Positions 1 through 7,990 of a stretch of DNA of 64,000 nt are shown here, in pieces. The DNA is taken from positions 1,917 to 65,916 of the forward strand of contig JBDGYE010000002.1 of the NCBI GenBank assembly GCA_039584255.1. Direction: 5' to 3'. The translations under genes and the position numbers were made by a program. Each line of letters opens with the position of its first letter. Position 1 is the first letter of the stretch. The notes beneath the pieces are model-generated. The model was not told the DNA's origin. It saw only the letters and a list, made by a program, of their open reading frames with translations, and ran no database searches. The DNA comes from Gemmatimonadota bacterium. Lineage in GTDB: Bacteria > Gemmatimonadota > Gemmatimonadetes > Palauibacterales > Palauibacteraceae.

Positions 1-96
1 GCCTATCTTACGCCGCGAACTCCACGGAGTGCCGCTGATCCGGCTTGCCTCCGCTTCGAGTCGGCGCACGACCGGCTCCGGTAAGCTCGTTAAGTA

Positions 97-159
97 TTGA
101 CTGAACGTTCTGAACGAGTACCGTAGATGTAGTAGTAAATGTAGTAAACGTAACGGAGG
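97..159 (+). promoter_or_regulatory. Candidate promoter/operator region of the regulator-ABC operon
   Basis: TTGACT at 97-102. Tandem CTGAACG at 101-107 and 110-116, with a GAACGTTC palindrome at 103-110. Tandem ATGTAGTA at 127-134 and 139-146. GGAGG at 155-159, 7 nt before ATG 167. Locally AT-richer than the surroundings. No convincing -10 hexamer found. Confidence 0.3.
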
Positions 160-166
160 TCGCTGC

Positions 167-628
167 ATGCCGAACCCCGAGACCGAGCAGTTCGTCGAGC
201 GAATGGGCGTGGCCTTGGAGCGCCTCAGCCTGCCCCGCACTTTCGGACGCCTGTTTGGTCTCCTGATGGTCGCCGACCGACCGCTCTCGCTGGCCGAGAT
301 CGCCAGGCAGCTGCAGGTGAGCAAGGCCTCGGTGAGCACCAACGCCCGCCTCTGCGAGCAGATCGGCCTGGCACGGCGCGTCGGCCGTCGTGGCGACCGC
401 CGCGACTTCTACGAGATCGAGCCGGGCGGGTTCGAGCGAATGATGGCCCGCCGGGTGGGTGTAGTGCACGAGATGGCGGGCCTGGCGGCCGAGGGGCTGG
501 CCGTCGTCGGCGACGAGCCGTCGCCCGCCCGGGACCGCCTGACGGAGATGCTGGACTTCTACCTGTTCATGGGCGAGGAGGTGGAGGCGCTCCTCGAGCG
601 CTGGAGGGAGATGAGGGATGAGAGCTGA
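167..628 (+). CDS. MarR/GbsR-like winged-helix transcriptional regulator
   Basis: 153 aa with an ATG preceded by GGAGG. The wHTH-like core LSLAEIARQLQVSKASVSTNARLCEQIGLARRV is followed by a helical C-terminus. First gene of a co-directional cluster. Confidence 0.75.
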   Translation: MPNPETEQFVERMGVALERLSLPRTFGRLFGLLMVADRPLSLAEIARQLQVSKASVSTNARLCEQIGLARRVGRRGDRRDFYEIEPGGFERMMARRVGVVHEMAGLAAEGLAVVGDEPSPARDRLTEMLDFYLFMGEEVEALLERWREMRDES

Positions 629-1412
629 CGGGATGGCTGCAGCGGTTGCGCTGACGACAGGCGCCGCGCTGGCGTTCACGGCACCCTCCGCCGCCCTCGC
701 CCAGGCTTCCGCCTGCGCCGATGCCGAGACCGCCCGTGACATAGTGGATTGCGTCGACCGGATCATGCGGGGCGAGTCGAGCCAGGGTACCGCGACCATG
801 GAGGTCCAGACCGAGAACTGGTCGCGCTCGTTCGAGATGCAGGTGTGGTCTCTCGGGACCGAGCATTCTCTCGTGCGGATCCTGGCGCCCCGGAAGGACG
901 CCGGGACCGCCACGCTGAAGGCAGGCAACGAGATCTGGAACTACCTGCCCCGTGTCGACCGCACGATCAAGATCCCCAGCTCGCTGATGGGCGCCTCCTG
1001 GATGGGATCTCATTTCACCAACGACGACTGGGTGAAAGAGAGCCGCCTGGTCGAGGACTACGACATCGAGACCGCGTACGAGGGGGAGCGGGACGGCGCA
1101 CAGGTGTGGGGGTTCGATCTCACCCCGAAGCCCGAGGCCCCCGTAATCTGGGGCCGGATCGAGTACCGGGTCCGAAAGGCGGATCTGATGCCGGTGTGGG
1201 CCCGATACTACGACGAGGATGGCGAGCTCGTGCGGACGATGGTGTTCGACGAGTACCGGCAGATGGGCGGGAGGCTGGTGCCGGCCCACATGCGGGTGGA
1301 GCCGGAGGACAAGCCGGGCGAGTTCACCGACGTCCGGTACGCGGACATACAGTTCGACGTCGCGCTGGATGAGGACTTCTTCTCGCTGAGGCGGCTGCGC
1401 GGCGCGAGATGA
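618..1412 (+). CDS. LolA-like outer-membrane lipoprotein-sorting family protein (secreted)
   Basis: 264 aa. Signal peptide AAAVALTTGAALAFTAPSAALAQA. Segments RGESSQGTATMEVQTENWSRS, LKAGNEIWNYLPRVDRTIKIPSS and MGSHFTNDDW resemble the LolA_like (PF17131-type) family as I recall it. Overlaps the regulator stop by 11 nt. GGAGGGAG SD at 604-611. Confidence 0.75.
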   Translation: MRADGMAAAVALTTGAALAFTAPSAALAQASACADAETARDIVDCVDRIMRGESSQGTATMEVQTENWSRSFEMQVWSLGTEHSLVRILAPRKDAGTATLKAGNEIWNYLPRVDRTIKIPSSLMGASWMGSHFTNDDWVKESRLVEDYDIETAYEGERDGAQVWGFDLTPKPEAPVIWGRIEYRVRKADLMPVWARYYDEDGELVRTMVFDEYRQMGGRLVPAHMRVEPEDKPGEFTDVRYADIQFDVALDEDFFSLRRLRGAR

Positions 1413-1470
1413 TGATACAAGCGGCACGGCGTCGGGCGCCGCGCTGCGATTGCGCGAGGATGACGGGAAG

Positions 1471-2730
1471 ATGAAGTCGGGAGCCCTGTGGCGGATCGGC
1501 TGGCGCAACCTGGGCCGGAATCGGCGCCGCACCCTGATCACGGCGCTCGGCCTGGCCCTGGGATACACGGCGGTCGTGGTGATGGCCGGTCTCGGCCGGG
1601 GTCTGGTGGCCGAGATGATCGACAACGGCACCGGGATGGTCACCGGCCAGCTCCAGGTCTACGGCCCCGAGTACCTGCCCGAGCGAAGCATCTACGAGAC
1701 CATCGGCCAGCGGGATGGAGCCGACGTTGCCGACCTTCTCCGGGCCGTCGAGGCCGACCCGCGGATCGCGGCCGCGGCTCCCCGCGTGTTCGCCGGCGGG
1801 CTGGTCAGCACGGGCAACGCCTCCGCCTCGAGCGTCCTGATGGGCATCGATCCGGAGCGGGAATCCCAAGTCTCTCGCCTGCTCAGCTTCATCAGCGACG
1901 GAAGAGCTCCCGAGCCGGGCCGCTACGAGATCCTGATCGGGGCGGAGATGGCCCGGCAGCTCGACGCCGGTCCGGGTGATACGGTCGTGGTCGTCGCCCC
2001 CGCCGCCGACGGATCCCTGGGAAACGACCTGTTCGAGGTGTCGGGCGTGTTCACGACCACCGTTACCGAGCTGGACCTGGCGACGGCCGTCGCCGCCATC
2101 GACGTCGTCCAGGAGCTGGTCGCGTTGCCGCCGGAGCGCATTCACGAGATCGCGGCCCGAATCGAGGATCCCTGGCTAGCTCCGGAGGCGGCGGAGGCCG
2201 TTTCCGGCGTGCTCGAGGAGGCCGGCCTCGAAACGAACGTCCGGCCCTGGACCGAGTTTCGGCCCGAGATGGTGGACTACGCGCGGGTGCTGGGCAGCAT
2301 GGAGGGAATGCTGATCGCGTTCGTGTTCGGCATGGCGATCTGGGGTGTCGCCAACACGATGCTCATGTCCACCTACGAGCGCAGGAGGGAATTCGCCGTG
2401 CTCCTGGCCCTCGGGGGCGGGCCGGGCTTTATCGTCCGCTCCGTATTCAGCGAGGCACTCGCGCTCGCCGCGGTGAGCCTGGTCGTTGGCGTGGTCGTGA
2501 CCCTGCCCGTCCTAGTGTGGTGGAGCGCCGCCCCGCCCGACATGAGCTGGCTGTACGGCGGCTTCACCATGGCGGGTGGGCTGATGCGGCCGATCCTCCG
2601 CGTGGAGTGGCCGACCACGATGATCTTCGTCACTGGGGCCGCGATGTTCGCCACCGCGTTGCTCGCCGCGGTGTACCCGGCAATCCGCGGGGCGAGGGTT
2701 CCGCCCGCGGACACGCTGGCCGGGAGGTGA
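1471..2730 (+). CDS. ABC transporter permease, FtsX/MacB/LolC-E type
   Basis: ORF 1450-2730. I prefer ATG 1471 (MKSGALWRIGWRNLGRNRRRT), the typical FtsX N-terminus. N-terminal TM, large periplasmic loop, then 3 TM. Conserved RRREFAVLLALGG motif. Confidence 0.85.
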   Translation: MKSGALWRIGWRNLGRNRRRTLITALGLALGYTAVVVMAGLGRGLVAEMIDNGTGMVTGQLQVYGPEYLPERSIYETIGQRDGADVADLLRAVEADPRIAAAAPRVFAGGLVSTGNASASSVLMGIDPERESQVSRLLSFISDGRAPEPGRYEILIGAEMARQLDAGPGDTVVVVAPAADGSLGNDLFEVSGVFTTTVTELDLATAVAAIDVVQELVALPPERIHEIAARIEDPWLAPEAAEAVSGVLEEAGLETNVRPWTEFRPEMVDYARVLGSMEGMLIAFVFGMAIWGVANTMLMSTYERRREFAVLLALGGGPGFIVRSVFSEALALAAVSLVVGVVVTLPVLVWWSAAPPDMSWLYGGFTMAGGLMRPILRVEWPTTMIFVTGAAMFATALLAAVYPAIRGARVPPADTLAGR

Positions 2731-2740
2731 GGGGGGTCAG

Positions 2741-4012
2741 ATGAAGACGAAGGCACGGATCCGGCTCAGGCTCGCGCTCCGCAACCTCCGTCGGCAGCGC
2801 CGGCGCACCATCCTGAGCGGCTCGGCGATGATGCTCGCCATGGCACTGCTGGTGTTTTCGCGCACCATCGCCGAGGGTGGACACCAGGATTGGATCGACG
2901 CCGGAGTGCGGCTCGGAAGCGGACACATCTCTCTACAGGATCCGGAGTTCCAGGCGAGGCGGACGCTGGAGTTTCGGCTGGACGCCGACCGCGTGCGCGC
3001 GGCGGAAGAGGCTCTGGCCGATCCCGCCGTGTCCCGCAGCGTCGTGGCCTCCGCTCCGCGGCTGATGGTGCAGGGTCTCGCCAGCTCGGCGAACGCGGCC
3101 GTGCCCGCCGTCGTCATGGCCGTGGATCCGGCCTTGGAGAAGGGATTCTCGGCTCTCCACGAGGACCTGGTGGAGGGCCGCTACCTAGAGCCCGACGACC
3201 GCCTCCGGGCCTACATCGGGGTCAAGCTGGCACAGCGCCTCGAGGTGAAGGTGGGCTCCCGGTTCGTCCTCACCGCCCAGGACGCGGACGGCGAGATCGT
3301 GGGACAGATGGTGCGGGTGGCGGGGACCTTCCAGACCGGATTGCCGGAGGTGGACGAGGGGTACCTCCAGATCCCGCTGGCCACGGCCCAGGAGTGGCTG
3401 GCGGCCCCGGTGGCCGTCACCTCCATCGCGGTGCTCGTGCACGACAGCCACGCCGTCTCCCCTACCCGCCGGAGCCTGCGCGCCTCTCTGTCCGGGGACG
3501 GTGAGGCCATTGAGATCCTCAGCTGGCGCCAGGCGATGCCGGAGCTCGACGCCGCGGTGAGGATGGACGACTGGGCGGACTACGTATTCCACATCATCCT
3601 CTTCGTCATCGCGGCTACGGCCATCATCAACACGGTGCTGATGTCCGTGATGCAACGGACCCGCGAGTTCGGGGTCCTGCGCGCGCTCGGACTCGAGCGA
3701 GGTCAGGTGGGACGGGTGGTGTTCATAGAAGGGATGATCATCACGGCCGTGAGCGGGATCATCGGGATGGCCCTCGGACTGGCCGTCGTCTGGTTCTTCT
3801 TCCGCGAGGGACTCGACTTCTCGGCCTTCTGGGACTCGGACATGACCGCCGCCGGAGTGGTCATCGAGCCGGTGATCGTTCCTCGCTTCCCCTGGAACCA
3901 GATCCTCCAGGGCGCCGGGTTCATCCTCGGCATCGGAGGCCTGGCCTCGATCTATCCCGCCTGGCGCGCGACGCGCATCGACGTGGCCGAGGCGATGAAG
4001 TTCGACGAATGA
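2741..4012 (+). CDS. ABC transporter permease, FtsX/MacB/LolC-E type (second paralogue)
   Basis: 423 aa with the N-terminus KARIRLRLALRNLRRQRRRT. Same 1+3 TM topology. RTREFGVLRALGLERGQ motif. GAGGGGGG SD upstream. Confidence 0.85.
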   Translation: MKTKARIRLRLALRNLRRQRRRTILSGSAMMLAMALLVFSRTIAEGGHQDWIDAGVRLGSGHISLQDPEFQARRTLEFRLDADRVRAAEEALADPAVSRSVVASAPRLMVQGLASSANAAVPAVVMAVDPALEKGFSALHEDLVEGRYLEPDDRLRAYIGVKLAQRLEVKVGSRFVLTAQDADGEIVGQMVRVAGTFQTGLPEVDEGYLQIPLATAQEWLAAPVAVTSIAVLVHDSHAVSPTRRSLRASLSGDGEAIEILSWRQAMPELDAAVRMDDWADYVFHIILFVIAATAIINTVLMSVMQRTREFGVLRALGLERGQVGRVVFIEGMIITAVSGIIGMALGLAVVWFFFREGLDFSAFWDSDMTAAGVVIEPVIVPRFPWNQILQGAGFILGIGGLASIYPAWRATRIDVAEAMKFDE

Positions 4013-4773
4013 GCAACGACAGCGCGCGGGACACAGCCCGCATGGGGGATAAGATGCAAGGGAAGGGAAACGGCGTTCCGGCCGTTCGGACCGAGGGCCT
4101 GTGGAAGGTGTTCGCCCACGACGGCATCCGGGTGGAGGCCGTGCGCGACGTCACGTTCCGGATCGAGCCAAGCGAGTTCGTGGTTCTGGCCGGACCCTCG
4201 GGCTCCGGAAAGACCACGCTCCTCAACCTTATCGGCGGGCTGACGCGTCCCTCCGACGGCCGCGTCTGGGTAGCGGACACGGAGATCACGGGCCTTTCGG
4301 AGCGGAAGCTGGCCCGGCTGCGGCTCGAGCGCCTGGGCTTCGTCTTCCAGGCCTACAACCTCTTGCCGGTGCTGACAGCGCTCGAGAACGCCGAGTTCAC
4401 GCTGCTTCTCCAGGACGTTCCGGAGGATGACCGCCGCAGACGCGTGGAGGAGCTGTTCGAGCGCATCGGGATCGCGGGCTTGGAGGACCGCCGGCCCGCC
4501 AAGCTCTCCGGCGGCCAGCAGCAGCGGGTGGCGGTAGCACGCGCCGTCGTTGCAGAGCCGGCTCTGGTCCTGGCCGACGAGCCCACCGCGAACCTGGACA
4601 CCGCAACGAGCACGGCGCTCATCGACATGATGGCGGAGCTGAACCGCGAGCTGGGGACGACGTTCGTCTTCGCGACGCACGATACCAGGCTCATGGAAAG
4701 GGCGCAGCGCTACATCCAGCTCGTGGACGGTGCCATCGTACAGGACGAGCGGCGCGAAGGATGGGGTGGCTGA
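4009..4773 (+). CDS. ABC transporter ATP-binding protein (LolD/MacB-ATPase like)
   Basis: Walker A GPSGSGKTT, signature LSGGQQQRVAVARA, Walker B LVLADEPT. ATGA overlap with the upstream permease. The true start could be the internal MGDKMQG. Confidence 0.9.
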   Translation: MSNDSARDTARMGDKMQGKGNGVPAVRTEGLWKVFAHDGIRVEAVRDVTFRIEPSEFVVLAGPSGSGKTTLLNLIGGLTRPSDGRVWVADTEITGLSERKLARLRLERLGFVFQAYNLLPVLTALENAEFTLLLQDVPEDDRRRRVEELFERIGIAGLEDRRPAKLSGGQQQRVAVARAVVAEPALVLADEPTANLDTATSTALIDMMAELNRELGTTFVFATHDTRLMERAQRYIQLVDGAIVQDERREGWGG

Positions 4774-5966
4774 CGCCCCGCGGGGCCGCTCGTCCGGGTC
4801 TGCTGCTCCTCGCCCAGGCCCTGCTCCTCCCGCAACCCGCGAGCGCCCAGGAGCTGGAGCTGCGCGGCTACTACCTGAACGTGGCCACCGGCTCGGTCGA
4901 GGGGCCGTTCACGCCTTCTGGCGTCTCCGATTTCCAGCGCCTTCGCCTGATGATCGACCCGGACCTCGGACCTCTGCGGACGGACGTCGCCTACGAGCAC
5001 TCCCTGTCGCTGGTCTCGGATCCGCAGCTGGGCCTCGTGCCAGGCCTCGGCGACATAGAGACGGGCACGTCATGGCTTCCCCTGCAATGGACCATCGCCG
5101 AGGGCGACAACGCCGAGTGGCGCCACCGGTTCGACCGGCTGCTGGTGGGCCTGCCAATCGGCGACGACTTCCAGCTCGACGTTGGGCGGCAGCCTATTTC
5201 CTGGGCCACAACGCTGTTTCTGACCCCGGCCGACCCGTTCGCCCCCTTCGATCCGGCCGACCCCTTCCGTGAGTATCGCGGGGGGGTAGACGCCGCCCGA
5301 TTCCAGGGCTTCCTGGGCGCGTTCACCGGTGTCGACGCGGTGCTCCGTCTCGCCGACACCCGTGACGGCACCACCGTTACGGCGCTGGGACGCGCTCAGG
5401 GCGCCGCCGGAAGCTGGGAGCTGTCGGGGTGGGCCGGGGCCGTGCACGATGAGGCGTCGGCATCCGTGGCGGCCACGCTGACCGCTGCCGGAGCGGCCTT
5501 CCGCGGGGAGCTCGTGCTCCGCGACTCGGAGGAGAAAGGTCTCGTTCCGCGCCTCGCCGTGGGCGCCGACCGCAGCTTTCCCCTGGCCGGCCGGGATCTC
5601 TACCTTGCCGCCGAGTACCAGCACGACGGCTTCGGGGCAGCCAATGCCGACGAGATCCCCGGTGTGGTTCTGTCGGACCCCTTCGCGCGAGGCGAGCTCC
5701 AGGTTGTCGGCCGCGATGAGACGGCTTTGCAAGCCTCCTGGCAGGCTCACCCCCTGCTCACTACCGGCCTCCTGTGGCTGTGGAACCTCGGTGACCGGAG
5801 CGCCCTGCTGGTGCCGGCCGCCTCGTGGTCGGTCTCCAACGAGGTGACGGTCCGCGCCGGCCTTTTCCTGGGAATCGGCTCCAACCGGACCGAGACCGGC
5901 CTTCCGGGCTCCGAGTACGGACCCGTCCCCACCAGCCTCTACCTCTCTCTGACGGCTTTCTTCTAG
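4761..5966 (+). CDS. Predicted outer-membrane beta-barrel protein, family unknown
   Basis: 401 aa. Signal peptide LLLLAQALLLPQPASAQE. Alternating amphipathic strands. C-terminal LYLSLTAFF with a terminal aromatic. Overlaps the ATPase stop by 13 nt. Confidence 0.7.
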   Translation: MGWLTPRGAARPGLLLLAQALLLPQPASAQELELRGYYLNVATGSVEGPFTPSGVSDFQRLRLMIDPDLGPLRTDVAYEHSLSLVSDPQLGLVPGLGDIETGTSWLPLQWTIAEGDNAEWRHRFDRLLVGLPIGDDFQLDVGRQPISWATTLFLTPADPFAPFDPADPFREYRGGVDAARFQGFLGAFTGVDAVLRLADTRDGTTVTALGRAQGAAGSWELSGWAGAVHDEASASVAATLTAAGAAFRGELVLRDSEEKGLVPRLAVGADRSFPLAGRDLYLAAEYQHDGFGAANADEIPGVVLSDPFARGELQVVGRDETALQASWQAHPLLTTGLLWLWNLGDRSALLVPAASWSVSNEVTVRAGLFLGIGSNRTETGLPGSEYGPVPTSLYLSLTAFF

Positions 5967-5993
5967 GCCCTCCGGCTGGTCTTTGGCGCCACT

Positions 5994-6030
5994 GGCCCGC
6001 CGTTTGCTCGACAAACAGCGGTGCAGGGCC
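5994..6030 (+). terminator. Stem-loop after the barrel gene (possible terminator, no U-tract)
   Basis: CCGCCGTTTG (5997-6006) pairs with CAAACAGCGG (6012-6021) with one mismatch. Flanked by outer GGCCC/GGGCC pairing. Confidence 0.3.
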
Positions 6031-6072
6031 CACATTCTCAGGCCCCCGCCGAAGTGCCGCCGGGAGGCGAGG

Positions 6073-6582
6073 ATGGAGTTGCTGATGGTCCGGCATGCCA
6101 TAGCGGAGGATCGCGTGGCGTTCGCCCGGACGGGAAAATCCGACTACCACCGTCCCCTCACCGAGAAGGGGCGGAGTCGCATGATTCGCGGCGCGGCCGG
6201 CCTACACGCCGTCGTGCCCCGGATCGATGTTCTCGCGAGCAGTCCCCTCACGCGCGCCACCGAGACCGCGGAGATCGTGGCGGCCGAGTACGGTCTGACG
6301 GACTTCGAGCGCGTGGACGCCATCGGAACGGGGGACGGAGATGCGCTGTTGCGCTGGCTGCGGGGCCTCGGCCCCAGCAGCACGGTGGCCGTAGTGGGTC
6401 ACGAGCCGCACATGAGCGATTGGGCCGGCTGGTTCCTCACGGGGTCATGGGCCGACTTCCTGATCGTCAAGAAGGGCTCGGCCGTGATGCTCGAGTTCCC
6501 GGGAGCGATCGAGCCGGGCGAGGCCTACCTCCGGTGGGCGTTGACGCCCGGGCAGCTCCGGAGGTTGGGGGGAGAGGAGTAG
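6073..6582 (+). CDS. sixA: SixA-like phosphohistidine phosphatase (histidine phosphatase superfamily)
   Basis: ATG 6073 with GGGAGG at 6062-6067. MELLMVRHAIAE contains the RHA(G)-type catalytic motif. TEKGRSRM and VVGHEPHMS are as in SixA. About 169 aa. Confidence 0.75.
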   Translation: MELLMVRHAIAEDRVAFARTGKSDYHRPLTEKGRSRMIRGAAGLHAVVPRIDVLASSPLTRATETAEIVAAEYGLTDFERVDAIGTGDGDALLRWLRGLGPSSTVAVVGHEPHMSDWAGWFLTGSWADFLIVKKGSAVMLEFPGAIEPGEAYLRWALTPGQLRRLGGEE

Positions 6583-6586
6583 AGGG

Positions 6587-7990
6587 GTGGCCAAGCGACC
6601 GTCGCGACTGCTGGATCTGCCCGCGCCCCAGGGGGCTCGGAAGATCGGCCTCTTTTACGTCGACCGGGCCCAACGGGCCCTGGACCGCCTCAACGATCCA
6701 TCCGACGCCGAGGCCCTGCACGACTTCCGCGTGAGCCTAAGGCGCCTGCGCACGAATCTGCAGGCCTACGGGGCCTATCTGTCAGTCGGCGTGGGCAAGA
6801 AACTGCGCCGGAAGATCAGGGACCTGGCCGCCACTACCGGCGGAGGCCGGGACTCGGAGGTGCACCTCTCCTGGCTCGAGTCGCGTCGCGATGAGCTGTC
6901 CCCGGACGAGATCGCGGGCTTCCAGGCCCTGGTGGAGAGCCTGGAGGCGAGCCGGGAAGCGGGTTACGCGCAGGCGGCCGGCGGTACGGCCGCTCGCTTC
7001 GGCAAGCTGCGACAAAAGCTGGAACGTCGACTCGGCCGTGTCGAAGCCGCCTCCAGGGACGGAGGCCTGTACGCCGGGGTGAGCTTCGCCACGGCCGTCG
7101 AGAGAGTGCTTCCGGCCTACTCGGCGGAAGTGGACATGTGCCTCTCGCGGGTTCACACGATCGCCGACGTGGGCGAGGCGCATCGTGCGAGAATCCGGGC
7201 CAAACGCCTGCGCTATATCCTCGAGCCCATCGCAAGCGAAGTCGAGGGGGTCGAGGATGTCATCGACGGCCTCAAGAACCTCCAGGACCTGCTCGGGGCG
7301 CTGCGCGATGCGCAGCTCCTCGAGGCGCTGGCGGAGGACCGTCTGGTGGATCGGCCACCAGAGTCCGGCGTCGCCGCACAGCGCCCGGGCCTCGAGCGTG
7401 TCGGAGCCCTGCTGCGCGAGGAGCAGGCTCGTCTGTTCGCGCAGGTCCGCCAATCCTGGCTCGGAGAGGCCAGCGGCGACTTCTTCGCCGCCGTCGAGGC
7501 GGTTTGCGAGAGGCTGGGCGCGACTCACCCGGCGGACATCGAGATCGAGCGAAAGTACCTGCTCACGGAGCTTCCGTCGTCGATCACGGGACGCCCGTAC
7601 CGGCACATCGACCAGGGATATCTGCCCGGCGCCCGGCTGCAGGAACGGGTGCGGCGCATTCGCGAAAGGGGCGGCGAGCGGTACGTTCGGACGGTGAAGG
7701 TCGGCGCGGGCATCCGGCGTGCGCAGCTGGAGGAAGAGGCGGACCCTGAGGTGTTCCGGGCCCTCTGGCCTCTCACCGACGGGCGCCGGCTCACGAAGCG
7801 GCGCTATAGGGTGCCGGTCGACGGGCTGGTCTGGGAGATCGACGAGTTTACCGATCGGGACCTGGTGCTGGCCGAGGTGGAACTGCCCGCGGTGGACGTG
7901 GTTCCGGAGATTCCCGAGTGGCTGCGTCCGTACGTGGTGCGCGAGGTGACGGACGAGGCCGAGTACCTGAACGTGAACCTGGCCCGATAG
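6587..7990 (+). CDS. CHAD domain - CYTH (triphosphate tunnel metalloenzyme) domain fusion protein
   Basis: GTG start after GGAGAGGAG. CHAD-type helices LHDFRVSLRRLRTNLQAY and AHRARIRAKRLRYILEP. C-terminal CYTH signature IEIERKYLL starting at nt 7538. Confidence 0.85.
   Translation: MAKRPSRLLDLPAPQGARKIGLFYVDRAQRALDRLNDPSDAEALHDFRVSLRRLRTNLQAYGAYLSVGVGKKLRRKIRDLAATTGGGRDSEVHLSWLESRRDELSPDEIAGFQALVESLEASREAGYAQAAGGTAARFGKLRQKLERRLGRVEAASRDGGLYAGVSFATAVERVLPAYSAEVDMCLSRVHTIADVGEAHRARIRAKRLRYILEPIASEVEGVEDVIDGLKNLQDLLGALRDAQLLEALAEDRLVDRPPESGVAAQRPGLERVGALLREEQARLFAQVRQSWLGEASGDFFAAVEAVCERLGATHPADIEIERKYLLTELPSSITGRPYRHIDQGYLPGARLQERVRRIRERGGERYVRTVKVGAGIRRAQLEEEADPEVFRALWPLTDGRRLTKRRYRVPVDGLVWEIDEFTDRDLVLAEVELPAVDVVPEIPEWLRPYVVREVTDEAEYLNVNLAR

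Noticed and set aside
1-84. Possible 3' end of an upstream plus-strand gene (frame 1 is open to TAA 82-84).
   Set aside because: Only 27 codons are visible, with mixed third-position composition and no motif. It cannot be supported from this window.
8-1643. Long minus-strand ORFs 8-928 (306 aa) and 567-1643 (358 aa).
   Set aside because: Both are antisense to well-supported regulator and LolA-like genes. Their Arg/Pro/Ala/Gly-rich composition is typical of high-GC shadow frames. No motifs and no SD.
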